DNA of 64,000 bases from an uncultured Chloroflexia bacterium (GTDB lineage Bacteria; Chloroflexota; Limnocylindria; Limnocylindrales; CSP1-4): positions 256,001-320,000 of the forward strand of contig CAVYBU010000008.1 of the NCBI GenBank assembly GCA_963766735.1, read 5' to 3'. Of this stretch, positions 55,699 through 64,000 are shown piece by piece. The notes under the pieces are model-generated. The model was not told the origin of the DNA. It worked only from the letters and a program-made list of their open reading frames with translations, and made no database searches. Within the stretch, counting starts at the first letter, position 1. Every line of letters starts with the position of its first letter. The translations under genes and the position numbers were made by a program.

Positions 55699-56814
55699 GC
55701 GCCGTCGTCTCGATGCGGGCAGACAAGGTGCGTATCCCGTTCCGTCGCCCGTTCCCCACCGCGCAGGGGATGTGGTTGGAGCGCGAGGCATGGATCATCC
55801 GGCTCGAGCACGTGGACGGCCGGCTCGGGCTGGGCGAGGCGGTGCTCGAGCCCGCGGACGGTGACACGGCGTCGGTCGTGCTCGACCACCTGGTGAACGA
55901 TGCCGTGGGGATGGCCCGGAACGGCCGCCTGCCGGCGGGACCGGAGCTCGAGATCCACGGCTCCCCGGGACGGGCGCTGCGGGCGGCGATCGATGCCGCC
56001 CTTCTGGACCTGGGGGGCGTGCCCGTCGAGGCCCTGGCCTCCGGCGGGATGGGTGTCGGTGTCAACGCGACGATCGCGTCGATCGGACCGGCGGAATCGG
56101 CCCAGGCCGCCCACCAGGCGATCCGGGCCGGCTTCACCACGCTCAAGCTCAAGGCCGGTGCGGAGCGCGAGACCGAGGTGCTGGTGGACCGGGTCCGCGC
56201 GGTCCGCTCGGCGGTGGGGCAGGACGTCCGGCTCCGGCTGGACGTGAACGGCGCCTGGGACCTGGAGACCGCAACCGAGCGCCTCCAGGCGATCGACCGG
56301 TTCGCCCTCGAATACGTCGAGCAGCCGCTCGCGGGCGACGACGCGGCGGACCTGGCCGAGCTCCGGCGGCGTGTTCGCACGCCCATCGCCGCGGACGAAT
56401 CGGTGACCTCGGTCCGGACCGCGCGCGAGCTGCTCGATGCCGCGGCCGTCGACGTGCTGGTCGTCAAGCCCGCGCGCGTCGGCGGGCCGGTGGCCGCGGC
56501 GGAGATCGCGGCCCTGGCCGCGGCGCGGGACGTGCCGGTGGTGGTGAGCACGCTGTTCGAGACGGGCGTCGGGATCGCCGCGGCGCTGGCCGTTGCCGCG
56601 GCGCTGCCTGCACGCCGCGGGGCAGGCCTGGAGCGGCCGCCGGATCACGGGCTGGCGACGGCCGGGGTCCTGGTAGCACGACCTGCTGGTCGAGGCGCTG
56701 CCCGTTGACGAGGGCCGGATGCGGGTGCCGGGCGGGCCTGGTGGGGCCCTGGGTATCACCATCGACGAGAGGGCACTGGCCCGGTTCCTGGTCGAGTCGG
56801 CCGGGGGCGGCTGA
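55695..56814 (+). CDS. menC: o-succinylbenzoate synthase, +1 frameshift near 56674
   Basis: KLK, RLDVNG, EQP, ADES, VVKP; C-terminal HDLL...GITID continues in another frame to the TGA overlapping menE ATG. Confidence 0.85.
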
Positions 56815-59177
56815 TGGGCGGCTGGTCGGCCGAGGGGCTGGTGCGGGCGCACGCCGCGGCCGTTGGCGATGCACCCGCGATCATCAAAGGGTCGGCGGTC
56901 TGCACCTGGGCGGACTTGGACCGACGATGCGAGGCGGTGGCGGCCGCAGTGCGCGGGGCGGGGGCGGCGAGTGGAGCCGTGGTCGCTGTGCTTGCCGAGC
57001 CATCGGCAGACGCGATCGCGGCGATCCTCGGCACGATGCGAGCGGGCGCGGTCGTGGCGCCAGTGCCCACGGGCCTGGCCTCACCGGAGCTGGCGGCGGC
57101 GCTCGACGTCCTGGCACCGGCCCTCGTGCTGCACGACGGGGGGCACCGCCTCGCGGTCGCGGGCACGGGCTTCCGCGGAGTCACTCTCGACACTGCCATC
57201 GCCGCTCCGCTCTCGCCCGTCTCGCCCGTCTCGGCGAACCCGGCGGTCGGCGTGGTGTTCGACCCCGAGGCAGCCGCCGTCATCGTCCTGACCTCGGGCA
57301 CGACCGGGCGGCCGAAGGGCGTCGTCCTGTCGGGCCGGGCGATGGCAGCGAGCGCGGAATCGTGGCTCGGGGCCCTGCCGCCAGCCACCGGCTGGCTGCT
57401 GGCGCTGGGCCTGGGGCATGTGGCAGGTCTCGGGATCCTGTGGCGGGCGATCGCCCGGCGAGTCCCTGTCCGGATCGTCGACCGCGCCGATCCGGCCGTC
57501 CTCCTTGCTGCGCTGGTCGCCGACCCGGCACCGAGTCACGTTTCGCTGGTCCCGGCCCAGCTCATCCGCCTGCTCGATGCCGCCGGCGATGTTCCGCCCC
57601 CGGCTTCGCTCCGCGCCGTGCTCCTCGGCGGGGGCCCCATCCCGCCTGCGCTTGTCGTCCGTGCGATCCGGTCCGGGTGGCCGGTCATGCCCACGTACGG
57701 CCTGTCCGAGACGGGTTCGGGGGCGACCGCCCTGTCGGCGACCGAGGCCCCGACCTCCCCAGAATCCGCTGGTCGGCCGCTGCCGGATGTCCGCATCGCC
57801 ATCGACCAGCCGGGCGCGGACGGGGTGGGGGAGATCATGGTGGAGACGGCGGCACGCTTCTCCGGCTACCTGGGCGAGCGCGGAGGTTCGGGCCCTGTCA
57901 GGGATCCCGTCCGCACCGGCGACCTGGGCCGCATCGACGGCGAAGGCCGACTGTTCGTCATCGACCGCCGCCTCGACCGCATCGTCCGCGGCGGCGAGAA
58001 CATCGCCCCGGCCGAGGTGGAGTCCGTCCTGGTCGCGCACCCGGCCATCAGCGATGCCGTCGTCGTCGGGCGCCCGGATGCGCTCTGGGGCCACGTCCCG
58101 GCAGCGGCGATCGTCCTCGCCGATGGCGCCGCGGACCCCGGTGACGAGGCACTTGCAGCCCACGCCCGCTCGTCCTTGGCCGGGTTCAAGGTCCCCGTGT
58201 CGTTCCTGCGCCTGGACGCCCTGCCGCGCACGTCCGGCGGCAAGCTCCGCCGGGAGGCCGTCCGTGCGCTCCTCGCGGGAGAGAGAACCGGGGTCCTTGC
58301 CCGTCCAGGCGGCGCCCGGATCGGCTGGCGGATAACGGGATCAGGGTCGCTCGCGCTGTTGCTCCTCCACGGGACGCTCTCGAACGCCCGGCAGCTGGAC
58401 CGGCTCGCCGCGACGCTCGCGCGGCGTGGGGATCTCACCGTCCACGCCCTCGACCGGCGTGGGAGCGGCTCCGGGCGTCTTGCCCCGGGCGCGCCGATCG
58501 TCGGACTGGATCTCGCCGTCCACCTGGCGGACATCGTCGCGTACCTCGACGTGCGGGATATCGAGCGAGCTGCGATCGTCGGCGTGAGCTTCGGAGGCGT
58601 CCTGGGCCTGGAGCTGGCGGCCCGGCACCCGGAGCGCGTCGCGGCGGTCGTTGCGTTCGAGCCGCCGTACGGGCCGCTGGCCGATGAGCGGACACGAGCC
58701 GCATTCGGCATGCTGGCCGGGGCAACCGCGGACGCGCATCGCACGGGCGGTGCTGCCGCGGCGGCCGAGACGTTCCTGCGGGCGGTCGCGGGCAACGCCG
58801 CATGGGAGCGCCTGCCGCCGCGGAGCCGCGCGTTCCTCGCCCGCGAGGGTGACGGCGCCGCCGCGGACGCCGCCCTGACCGGCACGCGGCCGGAGGAGCT
58901 TGCATCCATCACCGCCCCGGTGGCCATCCTCACAGGCGGCGCGAGCGAACCCATCTACGGCCCCATCGCGGATGCCCTCGCCGCGCGCATCCCCGGGGCT
59001 CACCGGGATACCCTCGATGGTCTCGGCCACGCCTCGCCCATCACGCAGCCGGCCCCCGTGGCGGCCGCGATCCGCCGGGCGCTCGGGCTGGCCGGCCTCG
59101 TGGTCGAACCGCCACCTGACCCCGACCCCGTCCTCGAGCCGGTCTCGTCGACCAGTGACCCGGAGCACGCCGCATGA
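56814..59177 (+). CDS. menE: o-succinylbenzoate--CoA ligase fused to C-terminal alpha/beta hydrolase
   Basis: TSGTTGRPKG, YGLSE, RTGDLG, GGENI, SGGKL; then LHGT, DRRGSG, GVSFGG, GLGHAS. Confidence 0.9.
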   Translation: MGGWSAEGLVRAHAAAVGDAPAIIKGSAVCTWADLDRRCEAVAAAVRGAGAASGAVVAVLAEPSADAIAAILGTMRAGAVVAPVPTGLASPELAAALDVLAPALVLHDGGHRLAVAGTGFRGVTLDTAIAAPLSPVSPVSANPAVGVVFDPEAAAVIVLTSGTTGRPKGVVLSGRAMAASAESWLGALPPATGWLLALGLGHVAGLGILWRAIARRVPVRIVDRADPAVLLAALVADPAPSHVSLVPAQLIRLLDAAGDVPPPASLRAVLLGGGPIPPALVVRAIRSGWPVMPTYGLSETGSGATALSATEAPTSPESAGRPLPDVRIAIDQPGADGVGEIMVETAARFSGYLGERGGSGPVRDPVRTGDLGRIDGEGRLFVIDRRLDRIVRGGENIAPAEVESVLVAHPAISDAVVVGRPDALWGHVPAAAIVLADGAADPGDEALAAHARSSLAGFKVPVSFLRLDALPRTSGGKLRREAVRALLAGERTGVLARPGGARIGWRITGSGSLALLLLHGTLSNARQLDRLAATLARRGDLTVHALDRRGSGSGRLAPGAPIVGLDLAVHLADIVAYLDVRDIERAAIVGVSFGGVLGLELAARHPERVAAVVAFEPPYGPLADERTRAAFGMLAGATADAHRTGGAAAAAETFLRAVAGNAAWERLPPRSRAFLAREGDGAAADAALTGTRPEELASITAPVAILTGGASEPIYGPIADALAARIPGAHRDTLDGLGHASPITQPAPVAAAIRRALGLAGLVVEPPPDPDPVLEPVSSTSDPEHAA

Positions 59178-59926
59178 CCCCCGTCCCGCCTCCCGACCAC
59201 ACCCCCTCCGGTGACTCCACCGGCGCCGGCAACGCCGCGGGCCAGCCCGAGGTCCAGGTCATGTTCGACCGGATCGCGCCCCGGTATGACCTCATGAACC
59301 TCCTCATATCCGCGTTCCAGGAGCCGCGCTGGCGTCGCAGGCTGGTGGCGCATGCCGCCCTTCGCCCCGGCGGCGCCGCGCTGGACGTCGCCTCGGGTAC
59401 CGGCAAGGTGGCCGCGGATCTCCACGCCCGGGTCCAGCCGGGCGGCCGTGTCCAGGGCGTGGACCTCTCGCCCGGGATGACCGCCGTCGCCCAGCGTCGG
59501 TACGCGGATCGGCCGGGGCTGACCTATATCGTCGGCGATGCCCTCGCCCTGCCGACAGCCGATGCCGACTTCGACGCCGCGACCATCGCCTTCGGCATGC
59601 GCAATCTCCCGGATTACAGGCAGGGCTTCGCCGAGATGGCGCGCTCCGTCCGGCCGGGTGGCAGGGTGCTCTGCCTCGAGATCGCGCGGCCGCGCAGCCG
59701 GCTCGCCCGGTTCATGCGCTGGTGGTTCGATCGCATCGTTCCAGTCATCGGCAGAGTCGCCGGGCAGGGTGGCGCGTACGGCTACCTGGTCAAGAGCGTG
59801 CAGGCCTACCCGTCGCCGGAACGGATCGCGGAGATCATGCGCGAGGCGGGCCTGGTCGACGTGACGTGGCAGGGCCTGACCGGCGGGATCGTGACGCTGC
59901 ACGAGGGAACCGTCCCGCCGCGCTGA
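59174..59926 (+). CDS. menG: demethylmenaquinone methyltransferase (UbiE/MenG)
   Basis: MFDRIAPRYDLMN, LDVASGTG, AFGMRN, PGGR. Confidence 0.93.
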   Translation: MTPVPPPDHTPSGDSTGAGNAAGQPEVQVMFDRIAPRYDLMNLLISAFQEPRWRRRLVAHAALRPGGAALDVASGTGKVAADLHARVQPGGRVQGVDLSPGMTAVAQRRYADRPGLTYIVGDALALPTADADFDAATIAFGMRNLPDYRQGFAEMARSVRPGGRVLCLEIARPRSRLARFMRWWFDRIVPVIGRVAGQGGAYGYLVKSVQAYPSPERIAEIMREAGLVDVTWQGLTGGIVTLHEGTVPPR

Positions 59927-60061
59927 GGTCGGCGTCCCGCAACCCGTGCGGAGGTCCGCCAACCGTACCGGACCCCACCGTACCTCCGCGCCATGGCGGC
60001 CGAGTATCGGACCAGCCAGCCTGACCCGTGACGCTCCCCATCACAACCAAGGAGTCACATC

Positions 60062-61423
60062 GTGCCGCGCATCACCAGCCGGGTGTTCACGGATCTGGCG
60101 GTCTGGATGACCGGTTTCGGTCTTGCGATCGGCCTCGTCTTTCCGCCGTTCTGCCTTCTCCTCGGCCTGCCGGCCGCGTCGGTGCTGACGCCGGCGTTCT
60201 TCGCGGCGACGCTGGCGGCCGGGCTCGCGGTCGGAGCCGTCAACTTCGCCCTCGCGCGCCTTGTCGTCGGACGCAGGTTCCGGCACCTGGCCGAGGCGAT
60301 GACAACCGTGGAATCGCAGCTGGCGTCCGCCGTGTACACGCAGGACTGGAGCGGCTGTGATCCGGAGCGATGCGCGCTCGCGGTCGATTCGGACGACGAG
60401 GCCGGCTCCTCCGCACGTGCCTTCAACAGCCTGATCCGGACCCTCGCCAAGAGCCACGCGGTGGAATCTGCGATGCACGACTTCAGCGGCGTCCTGTCGC
60501 GCGAATTCGAGCTCGAGGGCCTGGGATCCTCGGCGCTCGACGGTCTGCTCAGGCACACCGCATCCGAAGCGGGCGCGATGCTGGTCGTCCGGGAGGATGA
60601 GCTCGTCCCGCTCGCGAGCCACGGCATCCGCGCCCCCGAGAACCTGGCCGCCAACGACCACGTGCGGCGCGTCGTGCGGCTGGGCCAGATCGAGCGCTTG
60701 CGCGTCGAGGCGCAGGAGCTGGTCGTGGACTCCCTCCTGGTGGGCGTCGCCGCACGGGAGATCCTCGTCGTCCCGGTCGAGTTCAAGAGCGTCCCGCTCG
60801 GCGTGATCGTGCTTGCGACCACCGGCACGTTCGAGCGCGACGACATCGAGCTGCTCGACCACCTCAGGACCGACCTCGGTCTCGCGGTGAACAACGCCCT
60901 CGCGCATGACCGTCTGGAGCGCCTGGCCGCGATCGACCCGCTCACCGACGCGTACAACCGCCGGTTCGGGCTCGGCCGCCTGCGCGAGGAGTTCTCGCGA
61001 GCCGTTCGCGCCGAGGCTCCGCTCGGCATCCTGATGCTGGACATCGACCACTTCAAGGCCGTCAACGACACCTACGGCCACCTCGTCGGCGACCGTGTCC
61101 TGCGCGCGGTGGCAGGTGCCTGCCGGCGCGTCATCCGGGAAGGGGACGTGCTGGTCCGCTACGGCGGCGAGGAGTTCCTCGTGCTGCTGCCGGGCGCCGG
61201 CCGTGACGACGTCGTCCAGGCCGCCGAACGGATCCGCCGCGCCGTGTCCGAGACGACGGTCGAGGACGGAGCCAGCCGGATCACCGTCACCGTGAGCCTC
61301 GGCGCCACCACCTACGCGGATGCCAGCGAGACACCGGAGGCGCTGGTCGCGATCGCGGACCACGCGCTGTACGAGTCGAAGGACGGTGGCCGCAACCGGG
61401 TGACGGTGGGCGGCGCTCGGTGA
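60062..61423 (+). CDS. membrane-anchored GAF-GGDEF diguanylate cyclase
   Basis: 2 TM, GAF-like region, DPLT, DIDHFKAVNDTYGH, RYGGEEF with RxxD I-site (REGD). Confidence 0.92.
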   Translation: MPRITSRVFTDLAVWMTGFGLAIGLVFPPFCLLLGLPAASVLTPAFFAATLAAGLAVGAVNFALARLVVGRRFRHLAEAMTTVESQLASAVYTQDWSGCDPERCALAVDSDDEAGSSARAFNSLIRTLAKSHAVESAMHDFSGVLSREFELEGLGSSALDGLLRHTASEAGAMLVVREDELVPLASHGIRAPENLAANDHVRRVVRLGQIERLRVEAQELVVDSLLVGVAAREILVVPVEFKSVPLGVIVLATTGTFERDDIELLDHLRTDLGLAVNNALAHDRLERLAAIDPLTDAYNRRFGLGRLREEFSRAVRAEAPLGILMLDIDHFKAVNDTYGHLVGDRVLRAVAGACRRVIREGDVLVRYGGEEFLVLLPGAGRDDVVQAAERIRRAVSETTVEDGASRITVTVSLGATTYADASETPEALVAIADHALYESKDGGRNRVTVGGAR

Positions 61424-61541
61424 CCGGCCCGGCCGCGTTCCAGACGGGAGCGCCCCAGACGGTGCCGCCCCGGGCGGTCCCGCCGCAGTCAACGCCGCAG
61501 ACGGTCCCGCCAGGGTAGAGGCACCCGGTATCCTGCGGCGC

Positions 61542-62819
61542 GTGCGATCCCCGCTCGCGCCCGTCGTCGAGACCGTCGCTCCCGCGCGGCTTGGCCGGAG
61601 CTTCCGCTGGCTCCTTGCGGAGTCGGTCGTCACCAACGTCGGCGACGGCGTCGCGCTCGCCGCCGGGCCGCTGCTGGTCGCCTCGCAGACCCGAGACCCG
61701 CTGCTGGTCTCGATGGCGCTCATGGCTCAGGTCCTGCCGGCCCTCCTGTTCGGGGTGGTGGCCGGTGCCATCGCCGATCGCCACGATCGCCGGCGGATCG
61801 TGATGGCAGTGAACCTCGTCCGGGCGGGTGTGCTGACCGTTCTCGCCGCCACGATCGTGACCGGGGCCGTGAACATCGCCGCCGTGCTGGCGGCCCTGTT
61901 CGTCATGGGCACCGCGGAAACCTTCGCCGACGTGGGCAGCAGCAGCCTGCTTCCCCGCCTCGTGCGCCGCGAGGATCTCGGGATCGCCAATGCCCGGCTG
62001 CAGAGCGCCTTCCTGCTCACCAACCAGCTGCTCATGCCGCCGATCGGTGCGTTCCTGTTCGCCGTCGGCATGGCGCTGCCGTTCGCAACCAACGCGGTCT
62101 GCTTCGCGCTTGGCGCGCTGCTCGTGTCGCGGATCGTGCTGTCGCCGAGGGACGAATCCGAGCCGGTGCAGGCGCCTTCGGGCCTGCGGGCGGACATGGC
62201 GGCGGGCCTGCGCTGGCTGCTGGCACACCCGCCCATGCGGACCCTGGCCCTCACGATCTTCGCGTTCAACGTCACGTTTGGGGCGGCGTGGTCCGTGCTC
62301 GTCCTGTACGCGCAGGAGCGCCTGGGGATGAACGACGTGGGGTTCGGCCTGCTGACGACGGCGATGGCGGTCGGCGGGATCATCGGGACCGCGTCCTACG
62401 GGCGCCTTGAGCGCCGGTTCGCGCTGGGCGACATCATGCGGGTCGGCCTGCTGATCGAGACGGTGACGCACCTCGTGCTCGCGCTGACCACGTCGGCGGG
62501 GGTCGCGCTGGCCACCTTCGTCGTGTTCGGCGCGCATGCCTTCGTGTGGGGCACGACATCCACCGTGGTCCGTCAGCGCGCCGTGCCCGATCCGATGCTG
62601 GGGCGCGTGACCGGCGTCTACACGGTGGCGAGCTTTGCCGGGATCGTCGCGGGGACCCCGATCGGCGGGCTGCTCGCCCGCCAGTTCGGGATCACGGCGC
62701 CGTTCTGGTTCGGGTTCATCGGGTCGGTGCTGCTGGTCCTCGTCCTCTGGCGCCAGTTCCCGAAGATCGCCCACGCCGGGACGGCGGAAGCAGGCAGGGC
62801 ATCGACTGACACTGGCTGA
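61542..62819 (+). CDS. MFS transporter (DHA3/EntS-like)
   Basis: GAIADRHDRRR motif A, about 12 TM, VPDPMLGRV. Confidence 0.9.
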   Translation: MRSPLAPVVETVAPARLGRSFRWLLAESVVTNVGDGVALAAGPLLVASQTRDPLLVSMALMAQVLPALLFGVVAGAIADRHDRRRIVMAVNLVRAGVLTVLAATIVTGAVNIAAVLAALFVMGTAETFADVGSSSLLPRLVRREDLGIANARLQSAFLLTNQLLMPPIGAFLFAVGMALPFATNAVCFALGALLVSRIVLSPRDESEPVQAPSGLRADMAAGLRWLLAHPPMRTLALTIFAFNVTFGAAWSVLVLYAQERLGMNDVGFGLLTTAMAVGGIIGTASYGRLERRFALGDIMRVGLLIETVTHLVLALTTSAGVALATFVVFGAHAFVWGTTSTVVRQRAVPDPMLGRVTGVYTVASFAGIVAGTPIGGLLARQFGITAPFWFGFIGSVLLVLVLWRQFPKIAHAGTAEAGRASTDTG

Positions 62820-62927
62820 CGCCCGGCCCCCGTCGGCGGGTGCCGTGCCGGTCCCCGCGACCGGGACGCCGCCACGCCGGAGGCCTGACTGACCGGACCG
62901 GAACCGCTGCGGTACCATGCCCCGCCG

Positions 62928-63869
62928 ATGCCCGATCCGACGACCCCCGCGCCGCTCATCCAGGCCCGGGGCCTGACCAAGCGCTTCGGCACGCTCACCG
63001 CGGTCGATGCCGTCGATTTCGATGTCGCGCCCGCAGAGAGCTTCGGCTTCCTCGGCCCGAACGGCGCCGGCAAGACGAGCATCATGCGCATGGTCGCGTG
63101 CGTATCGCCGGTCACGGAAGGGACCCTGCGGATCCTCGACCTGGACCCCGCCACTGATGGCGCGCGGATCCGCGGCCGCCTGGGTGTCGTGCCCCAGCAG
63201 GACACGCTGGACACAGAGCTCTCGGTCCGCGACAACCTGGTGATCTACGGCCGCTACTTCGGTCTCAGCCGTGTGGAGGCGGGCCGGCGCGCCGGAGAGC
63301 TGCTCGACTTCGCGCAGCTCGGCGAGCGGGCGAACGACAAGGTGGAGCCGCTGTCGGGCGGCATGAAGCGGCGCCTGACGATCGCCCGCGCCCTGATCAA
63401 CGAGCCGTCGATCCTGCTGCTGGACGAGCCGACGACCGGTCTCGATCCGCAGGCCCGCCACCTCCTGTGGGAGCGGCTGTACCGGCTCAAGCAGCGTGGC
63501 GTGACGCTCGTCCTGACCACCCACTACATGGACGAGGCGGAGCAGCTCTGCGACCGCCTCGTGGTCATGGACAAGGCGAGGATCGTGGCCGAGGGCTCAC
63601 CGCGGAGCCTGATCGGGCAGTGGTCCACGCGGGAGGTCACGGAGATGCGTTTCCCGGTCGGGGTGCAGGAGACGCTTGAGGGCAAGCTGGACGGCCTGGG
63701 CGAGCGGATCGAGATGCTGCCGGACCGCGTCCTCGTCTACTCCGATGACGGCGAGGCGGTCGCGGTCGCCGCCCACCAGCGGGGTCTCGTGCCCGAGACG
63801 GTGCTCGTGCGGCGCAGCTCGCTGGAGGACGTGTTCCTGCGGCTCACCGGCCGCAGCCTGGTGGACTGA
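62928..63869 (+). CDS. ABC-2 exporter ATP-binding subunit (NodI/DrrA-like)
   Basis: GPNGAGKT, LSGGMKRR, LLLDEPT, TTHYM, SLEDVFL. Confidence 0.93.
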   Translation: MPDPTTPAPLIQARGLTKRFGTLTAVDAVDFDVAPAESFGFLGPNGAGKTSIMRMVACVSPVTEGTLRILDLDPATDGARIRGRLGVVPQQDTLDTELSVRDNLVIYGRYFGLSRVEAGRRAGELLDFAQLGERANDKVEPLSGGMKRRLTIARALINEPSILLLDEPTTGLDPQARHLLWERLYRLKQRGVTLVLTTHYMDEAEQLCDRLVVMDKARIVAEGSPRSLIGQWSTREVTEMRFPVGVQETLEGKLDGLGERIEMLPDRVLVYSDDGEAVAVAAHQRGLVPETVLVRRSSLEDVFLRLTGRSLVD

Positions 63870-64000
63870 TGGCCGTCGCGGAGGTCCCGGGGCGACCGCA
63901 GGCACCGGGCACCGGGGCGTCCATCCCCCGCCCGAGCCGCCTCGCCGGCCTGCGCGCCACGTATGAGCACCAGTGGCTGCTCTACGTGCGGACCTGGCGC
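63869..64000 (+). CDS. probable ABC-2 permease, N-terminus only
   Basis: ATG overlaps ATPase stop; YEHQWLLYVRTWR resembles ABC-2 permease starts. Confidence 0.6.
   Translation, partial: MAVAEVPGRPQAPGTGASIPRPSRLAGLRATYEHQWLLYVRTWR

Overview
A very GC-rich bacterial chromosomal segment, mostly housekeeping. The GAAC-N4-GTTC SOS boxes, CIRCE/hrcA and protein styles suggest a monoderm Terrabacterium, probably Chloroflexota (Limnocylindria-like); this is inference. Contents in order: leuS and three tRNAs; a six-gene, mostly translationally coupled operon (SAM methyltransferase, TusA-like/radical SAM, DoxX, NDP-sugar epimerase, DUF2079 membrane protein, GT2-DUF2064 fusion) beside a tRNA-Ala with a duplicated 5' half; a split LexA-controlled mutasome (imuA-imuB-small ORF, then dnaE2 with large insertions) interrupted by three unannotated membrane micropeptides; a lamin-tail/OB-fold surface protein and udp; gap-pgk-eno; rpsT with a histone-like tail; frameshifted pgi; lepA-CPBP-hemW-hrcA-grpE-dnaK; ktrBA; a TetR-led menaquinone operon whose MenE is fused to an alpha/beta hydrolase and which has no menI; a GGDEF protein, an MFS and an ABC transporter. 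Best novelty candidates are the radical SAM/glycosylation operon, the TetR-men operon with the MenE-hydrolase fusion, leaderless uORFs coupled to ktrB and ygjP, and a ~180-nt structured intergenic element. Several frameshifts suggest assembly indels. No CRISPR, rRNA, integrase or transposase was seen. All family assignments are from motif recognition, not database searches.
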